Positions 19,601 to 30,451 of a stretch of 39,080 bases of DNA are shown here, one piece after another. How positions within the stretch are numbered: position 1 is the first letter of the stretch; every line of letters starts with the position of its first letter. Position numbers and translations under genes: made by a program. Under the pieces are notes generated by a model. It did no database searches, was not told where the DNA came from, and saw only the letters and a list, made by a program, of their open reading frames with translations. The DNA comes from Emiliania huxleyi CCMP1516 (lineage: Eukaryota), in assembly GCF_000372725.1 (NCBI RefSeq), contig NW_005202428.1:2141119-2180198 (forward strand), read 5' to 3'.

Positions 19601-22600
19601 GGCAGCAGGGCGGCGCGTCGTCGAGCGGAGGTGTGGTACAGCAACAGCAGCAGGCGCGGCAGCAGCAGCGGCAGCTCCACTGGCAGCAAGCACACGAGGC
19701 GCAGCAGCTGCTCGCACAGCAGAAGCGGGAACGGTCGCAGATGGCGCAACGGCACCAGCTGCAGCAGGTGTCAGAGCAGCGGCGGCTCGCCGAGCCACGG
19801 CCGCAGCGAGCCAGCGGCCGAGCCAGGCCGCAGCCGCGGCCGCGCCAGGCCATTGCGCAGGCTGTCGACGCCACGGGGCAAGAGGAGTTGCTGTGGCGGA
19901 GCGCGCTCATCGCGCTCAAGTGCGAGCGGGATGGCACGCCCCCTCTAGTGCATCTCGTTGACTGGTAGCGAAAGTCCCATCAGGCTGCGCAATTTTCGCT
20001 ACAGGCGTGCCTTCGCTCCTCGGCTTGGCGGCGCTCCAGTGCGCACGCTCAGTCACGGACATGAGCCGCTTGCCGCAGAAGTTCCAGGCGGGTGTCACCA
20101 AGATCCAGGGATGGGTGGAGCGGGCGCGGCGGAAGAAGGCGGAGGCGGAGGAGCGGAAGCTCCAGGCAGGCGCCGAGGAGGAGCCCCAGCCGTCTCAGCT
20201 GCAGCGCCGGCACTCCCACTCGGGAAGGTTCATGGGGTTCGAGCCTGCGGCGTCGGCGAGACTGCCCGATCGTGCGAGCCACACCAACGACGCCGGGCGC
20301 TCTGCCACGCCGTTGAGGCCGCCAAGGCCCAGGGCGCCGTCGCCGCTGCCGCCGCCGCCGCCGCCATCGCACGGCAACATCGGTGTTTCACCTGATCAGT
20401 TGGGCCAGCTGCTGAGAGGAGCGGCCAAGCCGACCGGACGGGGTGAACACACCATCGCGGTGGCAGAGGCGGCTCAATCGAAGGCGGCCGCGGTGGCGGT
20501 GGAGGCGGAGGTGGGGGCAGCCTCAGCGCACCAGGCCAAGGCTCGCCTGCCCTCTCGCGGCTGGGGCGAATGCGATGTCGATGAGGGGCACGCCATCTTT
20601 GCCAAGCGCGCGCGCACGGCGGTGCACCGCCTCGGCCACAACGACAGCTGGTCGGAGGGCAGCGCCTCCCGCTGGACGTCTTCGACGACGGGCGCAGCTG
20701 GGCCCGCGCCCGACCAGCCGCCGCCGGAGCAGCGGCCACGGTCGCAGCCGGCCGGGAGCCTCGTGGAGGGCCTCGAGTACGCGCAGGTGCGGCTGCGGCT
20801 CCGCGGCGCAAAGCGCGCGCGGCAGCTCAGCGAGGCGCTCACCAGGCGCAACTCCGGGCCGGCCGTCGTGGGCGAAGAGGTCGTCGGCCGATCGATCGAG
20901 GTTTACTGGCCGCTGGACGCCTCGTGGTACGCAGCGCAGGTCATCTGCTCCAAGTCCAACGGGAGGCACCAGCTTCTTTACTCCGATGGCACGCGCGAGA
21001 CCGTGCAGCTCGCCAAGGAGCGGTGGCGCTGGCTGCAGGAGGCGGCGGCTGCTCCTCCCGGCGAGGGCACGGCTATGAGCCGGCGCGACAGCGTCGAGTC
21101 CGCGAGCAATGATGCGGACGAGGCGACTGCGGGGGCTGCTTCGCCGCCCCTTCCTCGGACATCGCCGCCTCCCTCGGAGCCGCAGAGGTCGCCGTCGCCG
21201 CCTCCAGCCACCCCGCCACCCGTGGAGCCGCCCGCGACCCCGTCGCCGCTGCGATCGAACCTCCCGCCACCCTCGCCGCTGGGACAGGGCGCCGCTGCAG
21301 CGCTTGGCGCTAGTCTCCTCGGCCAGCCGGGCGTGGCGCTCGAGGCGGCTGTGCAGGAGGAGGAGGCGGGCGTTCGGGCTGCGGGGCTGAAGCGGCCGGC
21401 ATCACCTCTCCAGCGGCCGAGGCCGAAGCGGTCGAGCGGCGACCTCTCACCCACCACGACAACCAACCAACCGTGCGATGGGGCCTTGTCGGTGCCCCCT
21501 CCTCCCATCGCCGAGCCGGTCACGACGCCGCCGCCGCCGCCGCTCGCGCCGACCGCTGTGCCGCCTCCTGGCGACGGCGAGGACTCTTCCTCGGAGGACG
21601 ACTTGCCGCTCTCTCGCCGCTCGAGCGCGGTGTGGGGCGGCGCGGGCACGGCGTCGTCGCGCGAGGCGGCGCCCCCCCCAGCGCTGCCGGAAGCAGCGCC
21701 GTCGCAGATGCCGCAGCCTCCCGCTGCTCCACCGCCGCCTCCTGTGCCAGAACCCGCCACACTTTCCACGGACTCCGGCACCGTGGCCACGGTGCCGCAG
21801 TGGCAACCACAGCGCCGCATCTTCCTTGATGATGACGACGACTCGGAGGAGGAAAAGGAGGAGGAGGCGCCGGCGCCGCCGCAGCCACAGCCGCCGCCGC
21901 CATCGCAGCCGAAGGAGGAGGAGGAGGAGGCGCCGCCGCAGCCACAGCCGCCGCCGCCATCGCAGCCGAAGGAGGAGGAGGAGGCGCCGGCGCCGCCGCA
22001 GCCACAGCCGCCGCCGCCATCGCAGCCGAAGGAGGAGGAGGAGGCGCCGGCGCCGCCGCAGCCACAGCCGCCGCCGCCATCGCAGCCGAAGGAGGAGGAG
22101 GAGGCGCCGGCGCCGCCGCAGCCACAGCCGCCGCCGCCATCGCAGCCGACGGAGGAGGAGGAGGAGGCGCCGCCGCCGCCGCAGCCACAGCCGCCGCCGC
22201 CATCGGAGCCGGAGGAGGAGGAGGAGGAGGCGCCGGCGCCGTCGCAGCCACAGCCGCCGCCATCACAGCCGCCGCCAAAATCGCTGCACGACGACGACTC
22301 GGAGGAAGACGATCTGCCCTTGTCCTCGCGACCGGTGAAGGGGCCGCGGCCGCAGCCGCAGTCGCCACCGCCGCCACAGTCATCGCCACAGTCGCGACCG
22401 CCGCAGCCGCAGCCCTCGCCGCGCCAAGACGACGACTCCGAGGACGACGACATGCCCTTGTCCTCGCGATTGGTTGCGGCGTCGAGAAGCGCGGCAGGCG
22501 AAGGTGAAGCTGCGCCGCACGCGGCGGCGGAGGACCAGCCACAGCGCCGCATCTTCGACGACGACGACGACGACGACGACATTGTCGTCTCCGATTCGGA

Positions 22601-22628
22601 AGAGGAGGTGGAGTGCGCGGATGCGTGA
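13652..22628 (+). CDS. CHD6-9-like SNF2 chromatin remodeller: Tudor-like, tandem chromodomains, ATPase with two CXXC fingers inserted, helicase-C, coiled coil, Q-rich repeats, C-terminal Tudor, P/E-rich tail
   Basis: Motifs LLVKWTGLAHIHCQW, FLVKWRGLPHSAATWE, LREYQLEGVNWL, LADEMGLGKT, VVDEAHRLKN, LLTGTPLQN, MELRKCCNHPWL, VLIFSQF, LSTRAGGVGINL, SDWNPQNDVQAMARSHRIGQ and LDDPDFWSKL. Inferred introns 14639-14812, 15965-16039, 16262-16334, about 16506-16576, 16832-16898 and 18186-18228. The junction near 19920-20080 is unresolved, so joining of the last ORF is inferred. Confidence 0.85.
19312..19674 (+). repeat. Coding 69-bp tandem repeat x5 plus partial (RQQQRQQGGASSSGGVVQQQQQA)
   Basis: Units start at 19312, 19381, 19450, 19519, 19588 and 19657 and are nearly identical. 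Confidence 0.95.
21845..22272 (+). repeat. Coding ~60-bp tandem repeat x~7 (EEEEAPAPPQPQPPPPSQPK)
   Basis: Directly visible. Lines 21961, 22021 and 22081 are identical. Confidence 0.95.
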
Positions 22629-22984
22629 GAAGGGACTCTCTGTGGCGGCGGCGGCGGCGGCGGCGGCGATCGGTACGGCTTTCCCCGCGGGTACAGAGCC
22701 CTGCGCATCCCCCCGGGGGGATGGGGCAACAATTACATAGAGTACATGGCTCGGGTACCCCCTACAGTGTAGTGGGTGTAAGCACACAAAAAGTACTAGC
22801 AGAAGAGAAAAATAAAGAAAACAGACAACCCAAGCGCCAAGGGGGAGGGATGGGAGACAGTTGGGAGCAGGGACGGGGAACACCGCTCTGACCGAACACT
22901 CTCAACAGGTCAGAGCCACCACTGCGCACTGGCCACTGGGGCACTGCACAGACAGCCCTGCTCTCCCGAGACCCGACGGGGACG

Positions 22985-23110
22985 CCACCACCCTCGCCCA
23001 AAGATCTACAATGCTGTCTTAAAAGGTCCGACCTTGCGGGAACCGCCTGCGCTCGCGGCACCGGGCACCGACTCGCGGTATGTTAAATGCGCCTGCGGGC
23101 GGTCCCTCAC
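22985..23110 (+). repeat. Interspersed repeat, copy 2, about 320 bp upstream of DMC1
   Basis: Inverted homologue of 2380-2483. Confidence 0.85.
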
Positions 23111-23430
23111 GGCAGCCTCGTGTCGGTGACGCTCGAGGTCTGCTGGGAAACTGTCAACGCACACGACCCTGGGCCGGAGGTACGTTTTCTTCTATCTTCC
23201 TGGACAAGAAGAATTCGCGTCCCCCGGCAACTAGACGCTCTCCACAGAAGGTCGAGACCGGCTCTGTTCCAAAGAGACGTCCACAAACCAACGCCCGCAC
23301 CACCACCGCCGCCACCACCGCACAAACACACTCCCCACCCTCGAGGCTCTCCCCTCTTCCCACCCACGCCGGCCCGTCGGCCGCGTGCCGACGACCGACG
23401 CTCCACCGACCCTTTCGGCGCAGAGACACA

Positions 23431-24589
23431 ATGGCAACCACCGTCCGCGCCGACCAGCTGCAGACGCCCGCGCACAACCCCGGCGCAAGCGACGAGACGA
23501 TCTGGTCGCCGATCGACACGCTCGAGTCCGTCGGGATCCAGCGAGGCGACATCAAGAAGTTCCAGGAGGCGGGCTACCACACGGCCGACTCAATCTTGAT
23601 GACCTCCGCACGGCACCTCGAGCGGATCAAGGGCCTATCCGAGGCCAAGGTGCTCAAGGCGCAGGACAGCGCCGGGAAGGTCTGCAGAAGGCTGGGCTTC
23701 CAGTCGGCCCGCGCGGTGCGGGAGAAGCGGCAGTCGGACGTCTTCCACATTACGACCGGCAGCACGGAGCTGGACAACCTTCTCAAGGGCGGCATCGAGA
23801 CGGGCGTCGTCACGGAGATCGTGGGCGAGTTCCGCACCGGAAAGACGCAGCTCGCGATGACGCTCGCGGTGACGAGCCTCATGGCGCAAGAGCAGGCACG
23901 CGCCACGCCTCGTGCCCCCTCCCCCCGCCTCCCTCCACATCTCCGGGCGTCGCGCCGCTCGCAGGGCGGCGGCAACGGTGCGGTCCTCTACCTGGACTCT
24001 GAAAACGCCTTCTCGGACGAGCGACTCGCAGAGATTGCCGACCGGTTCGGCGTAGATCGCGATCTGGCCGACGAGAACGTCTTCGTGCACAACATCTACA
24101 ACGAGGACAACTTCGAGCCTGCCTTCAAAGAGGCCAAGCGGATGATCGCCGAGCAGCAGGCGAGAGGGCGTGTCGGCCGGGGGGCCAGGCCAGTGCCCCA
24201 CTGCCCTCCGCGCCGCGTAGGTGTCGCTCGTCATCGTCGACTCCGTCATGAGTGTGCTGCGGAACGAGTACCAGGGACGAGGCGAGCTCTCGGCACGGCA
24301 GCAGAAGCTCTCCCAGATCCTCTACTCGATCAAGCGGATGGCGCAAGAATTCAACATCGCGGTTGTCTTGACAAACCAGATGTGCGCGGATCCCGGGTGC
24401 ACTTTCACGAACGACGCCAAGAAGGCTGTTGGCGGACATGTTCTCGCCCACCTGGTCAACCTTCGCCTCTACCTGCGCAAGGGCCGCGGCGAACAGCGCA
24501 TTGCCCGCATCGACAAGTCGTGCAAGCATGCCCTTGGCGAAGCCACCTTCGAGCTCTCGGCCGGCGGCATCATGGACGTCGCTCAGTGA
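23431..24589 (+). CDS. DMC1: Meiotic recombinase DMC1-like (RecA/RAD51 family), divergent
   Basis: Walker A GEFRTGKT, Walker B LVIVDS, and DMC1-type residues KGLSEAK, RQQKL, TNQM.ADPG and GGHVLAH. GC-AG introns at 23896-23964 and 24160-24220. Confidence 0.85.
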
Positions 24590-25154
24590 TCGCATCACGG
24601 CGTCATGCACGGCGGGTGAAGCGCCACGCGATCATACCAAATGCGCAAGGCGGGAGACTCTCTGTGTGCGGAGCGAGGGCTTTGCGCTGTCTATGGTGCG
24701 CTCACACGCGTGCAGGGGCGTGCTGCGGCCTGCGGCCTGCGCGGACCGCCAAACTATGTCTCCGCGCTCCGGTGAGGACTGAAGTCACTCGCGGCTCTAC
24801 GTATATCGGGGCGGTGTGTCGCGTGTCGCGGGGGAGGCCCCCCGCGGGGTATTCGTCTCGTCGACCCTCGAGCCTCGTGTGAATCAGTCTGTGTCCCCCC
24901 GCCGGGCCCCGGGCGGTATGCTGTATCACACGCGCGGCGGACTCGCGCACCGTCCACTCGTGATGACTCGACTCGAGGTCGGAGAAACGAGGCGGACCAG
25001 CCACAGAAATATGGTGTGCGTCTCGTGCACACAGCAGCTCTCTCCTGTCTCCTGACTCCTTCCTCTCTCAAGATACCAGGGAGCGCGATCTCCGCTCTCC
25101 CCAACCGCGGCTCAAATGAGACTCGTCCGCACACGTACGAACCCGCGCGGCGCG

Positions 25155-26749
25155 TCACCCGCTTGTCCACGACTTCTCGCCGCGGCACGCGAGCGGCGCC
25201 ACCGCCTGCAGCATGAAGCTGTCGATGTCGGCCCTGCGCGGCCTTCCGTCCCCAAGGAAGACCTGCCCAACGTGCTGGAAATCTGCGGGCCGGCGCGTCG
25301 GGAAGGGGCGCGAGCCCGCGTACTTTTCGCACGTGTACGCGTCGTGCGAGAGCTGCGACGCCTGCACGCCCGGCCAGACTTTCTCGTTGAGAAAGTCTAG
25401 ATCGCCTGTACCACCGGGATGCGGGCGCGGTGAGGCGGCGCCGCTCGCGCCGGGGGTGGCGAGAGAGAGGGGAGGAAGGGAGGAGGGCGGTCTCTCTCAC
25501 CCATGTACTTGTCCCGGTTGGACCAGCCCCGCACCAGCGCCTCCATGTCCGGCACCGCCCCGTTGACGCCGCCCCACATGCCGCCGTTGAGCGGTCGGTC
25601 GTGGTTGGGGTGGTCGCGCAGCGAGTGGACCCTCTTGCCGCTGCCGACCCACTCCTCCACCGCCAGCCTGCCGGAGGGGGGGTTGCGGGGTGGTTGGTAG
25701 GGAAGGGCGTGTGGGGGAGACACCGGGGAGTCGCGGGCAGGGGAAGTCGCGGGCAAGGCGGAGGGCGCCTCTCTCTCGGGTTGAGCCGCGAGTCCGAGTC
25801 GCGAATAATGTACCGGTCCACCGCCGGGTCGGAGGCGACGAGGAAGCGCCAGAACATGCCCCCGATGCCGCCCCCCATGCCCGAGCCCTGGCCCATCCGC
25901 ACCAGCTCCACGCGCAGCGCCGCCAGCGCCGCCAGCACCGGCTGCGGCACCGAGTCGTCGTGGTAGACCCGCACCCTCCACCCCGGGTACACGTCGGGGG
26001 CGAGCTGGGCGTTGCGGATCACGCCGACCGTGTAGCGCTCGCTCGAGCCGTACAAGCCGTACGAGACCACGCGGGCCTGTCGGCAGGCACGCTGCGAGTG
26101 AAGGCGACTGGGCCTGCGACCCTCGAGCTCGCTGCACCTGGGGCTGATGCAAGCAAGGGGGCGGCGTGTCGGGGCGGGATGGGATGTGAACCCTCCGCCG
26201 GGAGGGGTGGGGTGGTGGTGGTGGTGGTGGTGGGGGGGGGGGGACCTCGTTGGAGGCGGCGAGGCTCGACACGCGGAGGAGCGACGCGTGCGTCAACGCC
26301 CGCGCGGCGGCGTCGGCCGCGGCCTCGCGCTCGAGCGCCCTCCGCACGTCAGCGAGGCTGAGGGGGCGGAGCTGCATCCTGCGGCAGGAAGCACGCGGGT
26401 GGTGTTCTTGGCCTCGCGTGGGCACGCGGGCTGCGGGGCCCCGCTGGCTCGAGCGTGTGTGTGCGATGGAGCACGGCAGCACGGACGCGCGTCCTCGGGT
26501 GCCCAGTCGGGCCTCTGCGCACTCTCTGCTCCCCCCGATCCGGAGAGCTGGTATCTAGGAGCTGCAGCCTCGCCGTCGGCACTGCGCCGGCCGGGCGGCC
26601 CGACTCGGCGTGGCCCCGCAGCAAGTTTGCGCCGCGCAGGTTGAGGTGGCATCTGCACTGCGGGTTGCGCAGATACGTACCGTTGCGTCGCAGGCGCACC
26701 TGCACTCGGGTGGGGCTTGGGTAGGAGGGGGGCGTGCGGCTCAAACTTG

Positions 26750-26837
<88 letters not shown>

Positions 26838-27288
26838 TGGGTGTGTAGCGAATGAGTCAGCGAGTGCCAGCAGTAGCGAATGAGTCAGTGAGTCAGTGAG
26901 TGCGCGAGTGTGTGCTGTGTGTGCCCGTGTGCCCGTCTCCCTCCCCCGTCTCCCTCCCCGTCTCCCTCCCCGTCTCCCTCCCCGTCTGCCTCTGTCAGTG
27001 TCCGGCGCACCTCGAACTCCTCCGCAGCGCCAACCGAAGCCGACCAGAGACGGACGACCCACGCGGGCGACTCTGAACGTGGCACCACCTGCAAGTAGCG
27101 ACCGCTCGCCACACTGCGCAGCGCGGCTCGCGCGCCGCCGCTCCTGCCGCCGCTCCTGCCGCCGCCGCCGCCGCCGCCGCCTCCTCCTGCTCCTGCTCCT
27201 GCTCCTGCTCCGAGCTCCTCACGCGCAAACAGCACATCGCGCAGTGCCGTCGGCGGTGGGAAGACGCGCTCTCCGCCCGCGCCACCTG

Positions 27289-27336
<48 letters not shown>

Positions 27337-28084
27337 TCGGCAGCGTGCCGGTGCAGCCGAGCCAGACGCCGCTCTCTCCGTCCGGCTGGCTGCTGTCTGG
27401 CGCGAGGAGAAGGCCGTTGCCGCGGCACGACAGGGTCAGCAACTGGTGGCCGCGGGAGGCGGCAGCAGTGGCGGCCGTTACAAACGCCTCCGCCTCCGCC
27501 TCCGCCGCCGCCGCCGCCGCCGCCACCGCCGCCGCTGCTGCCGGAGACGACACCAGCAGTTCCTCGTTCCTGCGGGCGACGTCAACGGCAGCTCGCAGCG
27601 CGACGCCAGGGCCCGCCTCTGGGGCCGCGACGGCGGCTGCCCTGGGCGCCGCGGTCAGAGCCTGCAGCGGCGGGGGCTCATCCAGCCGCGTCCGGCCAGC
27701 CATACGGACACGTGCGGCCGTGCCCTCTGCATGGCGCATGCCCTCGGCCGGCGCCTCGGACGCTCCCACCATGCCTGGTGCCGTGTCGGACGGGGTCCAG
27801 CCGGGTCCGCCGCGCTCGGCCTCGTCGACACACGCGCCGAGGCGGGACCGCACGGCTGCGCGGGTCGCACGCTTGCGCAGCAGGCACTGCACCATGCGCT
27901 GCTCAGTGTGCGGCACGAGCTGTGCGAGCGCCGCGGCATCGGCGAGTGCCCGGGCGTCGGCCGGGCTGGAGGCGGTGCACGCGGAGCAGGCGGAGGCGGA
28001 GGCCGCTGCGGCGAGCCTGCCGTGGAGGAACGCGACCGCGTACACCACGAGCGCCGCGAGCGCAGCGGCCGCTGTCAATCGCAT
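25155..28084 (-). CDS. Type II membrane protein with fascin/beta-trefoil-like region and C-terminal glycosyltransferase-like domain (uncharacterised family)
   Basis: N-terminal anchor MRLTAAAALAALVVYAVAFL; ALRSVASGRYL...AAEEFE; then SYGLYG..RN..LA...YPGWRVRVY, GMFWRF, RDSDSR, RDHPNH..GGMWG and HDAYTC. Several introns, e.g. 27010-26700; other boundaries approximate. Confidence 0.7.
26753..26832. repeat. (GA)40 microsatellite inside an intron
   Basis: Directly visible. Confidence 0.98.
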
Positions 28085-28382
28085 CGCGGGAATACCCCTG
28101 GCTTGGGTCGGTTGTGCATCCCTCCGGGGGCCCTCTCGGCGCCGGGGAGGCGTTGTTGGAGGCTAGGACGCAAGCGTCCGTCGCCTTTTTCAAACTCGGG
28201 GCCCACTCCGCTACGCTCCGACCCGAATTTGGAGGGCCTGAAAGTTTTAAGGTGTTGCTGCGCAAAAGGGGTCGGACACAGGGCGCAACTCATGCTAAGA
28301 GCCAGAAGGGAGCTGGAGAGAACGGCTACCCTGTCCCGTTATTGCGTACACCAACACCACAAAAGCTCTCTCTCTCCGGTCC

Positions 28383-28790
28383 TCACTCAGGGGGGTCACA
28401 ACTACCAAGTCCCTCGACTAGCTGCCACGTTGCCGACCGAGAGCGGATCTCCACCTGCTCCGCAAGGAGGGTGGCCAAGGCTAAAGTCTTGCCGGAGCCG
28501 CCGGGCGCGTTGACGACTTGGAGAAGGTCGCCCTTGCACTTGTACTTGTAGAGATGCTCGAGGGGGTGCTTTGTGGGGCGGTGCGCAGCCAGGCCAGCAG
28601 TGAGGGGAGGCGCACCCTCACTCTCCTCGGTTGCAGAGCTCGTCGGAGGCTGCGGCACGACGGGAGGGTCGCGATAGCAGTCCTCGGGCGAGCCGACGCG
28701 CATGTCCAACCAGCGCTGGGACTCGTTGTGACGGCAGAAGCCGGCTGCCTCTCCAACCGCTTCTGCAGCGTCCTTCTTTGCCCGGTGCAT
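28383..28790 (-). pseudogene. Truncated P-loop NTPase/helicase-like fragment
   Basis: LQVVNAPGGSGKT Walker A-like motif. The ORF ends about 35 aa later with no Walker B. Confidence 0.3.
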
Positions 28791-29345
28791 GGGCTCGATC
28801 CGATTCCGCAGCGTGTCGTCCCCAGCGGCGGTGCTGCGCGGGAGGCGGCCGCGGGCACGCTGGGCTCGATCAGCGGCTTTCCCTCAGTTGCTCCGAAAGC
28901 ACGGATTTGGCGTTCTGGGTTCAATTTTACGGATGTCTTGGCACCAGCTGAAGGCTTGCACGGCCCAGATCACGCAGTTCGTGCACGGTATTCGGATTTT
29001 GCTATTTGTTCGTGTGGGGGTATATCGCAGATTTGTCAATGGTACCGCGTCTGCGACGCGGGCGCCTTGCTTGCGGGCAGAGCCCTTAGCCACCCTTTAT
29101 ATCTTGCGCGGTCAACATATTTGTTATCTTTGTTGCATGCCAAAGGCGGGGTTGTCGGTGCTCGCGGAGTGCACAAAATCAATCAGTGTGATGGCGTCGA
29201 GCACTGGGATGCGGAGCGCGTGCCGCAGCGCGTCGGCGTACCCAGGGTACCCTCTCCGAGGAATTGGCTCTCTCGAGGGATCGCCGGGGCTCTGCTCCAA
29301 GAGACCTCGAGAGTGCGTGCGTGTGCCTCTACTCGCCAGGGCGGG

Positions 29346-29391
29346 CCCGTACCATGCGGAATCGACCCTATCCAGTGCTCAAGTCCTCAAG
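29346..29391 (+). repeat. Short interspersed repeat, copy 2, bracketed by the 12-bp direct repeat AGGGCGGGCCCG
   Basis: Matches 2582-2627. Direct repeats lie at 29338-29349 and 29390-29401. Confidence 0.85.
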
Positions 29392-30451
29392 GGCGGGCCC
29401 GGGCTGGCGAATCGGCAGGAGAAGAATTGGAGGAACCCCTGCCCAGACGAGTACAGCTAAAGAGTACCCGGGGCTCCCCATGCGCGGGAGACCTCCCCGT
29501 GGGGGCCCGTGAACATCTTTAGCGGCTTGTGAGCCAGGAAAGGGGTTGGAATTGCAGCTGCGAAATTTACAACCCGAAAGCCGAAGCCCGTGGCATCGGG
29601 GGCCGCACCGCTATTCACGCAAAAGCACAAGAGCAAAAAAACTTTATCGCCCAGACGCCGACTCGGAGGCCGCACGTTCACGCAAAAACACAACCCCGGG
29701 CCAAGACGCACAAGCACAGAGAGTCGAAGGGAGAGAGAGACAGCGACGACAGTCACGGCGACGTGGTGTGTGGTGTGGTGAGAAACGCTGATGTCTGCCG
29801 CGGCAAATGCATGGGGGCGAGCAGCATGAGCACGAGTACGGCTCTAGCAAGTAGCATGAGCACCTCGAATGGCACTACATGTACATGCACATGCACATGT
29901 GCATGTGACTATATTCACGGTGGGGAATGAGCTGGGGAATGAGACGGAACCGGAGCCTGTGAGCATGTTGCTTGTTGGCGCGGTGAGAGCGTGCGTCTGG
30001 AACCTATCTGGACACTGGACCTACGGCTTTACGTACCACTGGACGGAACCCTGCTACATCCTACATGGCATATGTATTGGATCGAGAGTCGGCGAATCCG
30101 GACCGAAACGCAAAAGGCGGGAGAGTGATATTTTCATTCCCGTCCCGATTGCGGATTGGCCGAGATACGCGAGAGGGTGACAGATAGTGAGGTCGAACAA
30201 ACCCGAAACCGGAAACCCTCCACAACATGTTCATGTACGGCTGTGCCTGTGGTCGCTGGTCCCACACCCACTGGTGTCCATCTCAGAGACCGCAGGAGGT
30301 CATGAGGGTCGATGGGAGTGCCAACCCAACAATGCCTAATAACCCAGCCCAGTACAAATGTGCAGCCAGGTGCATAGTATCACACCGGTCCCTCCCCCCC
30401 CCGAATAAATCTCTGTCAGCCCTCAGAGACCCTGTACAAATCTATCACAGC

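Noticed and set aside
18225..19937. Long Cys-rich minus-strand ORF (570 aa)
   Set aside because: Antisense shadow of the CAG-rich CHD exon.
20978..22732. Long Gly/Cys/Ser-rich minus-strand ORF (584 aa)
   Set aside because: Antisense shadow of the P/E-rich repeat exon. High GC suppresses stop codons.
23080..24882. 600-aa ORF as the recombinase product
   Set aside because: It reads through introns and UTRs. The spliced gene is 23431-24589.
28789..29522. Overlapping 223-aa and 334-aa ORFs
   Set aside because: No recognisable motifs, and they run across repeat DNA.
29920..30146. GGGAATGA/TCATTCCC as possible TIRs
   Set aside because: Only 8 bp and no TSD.
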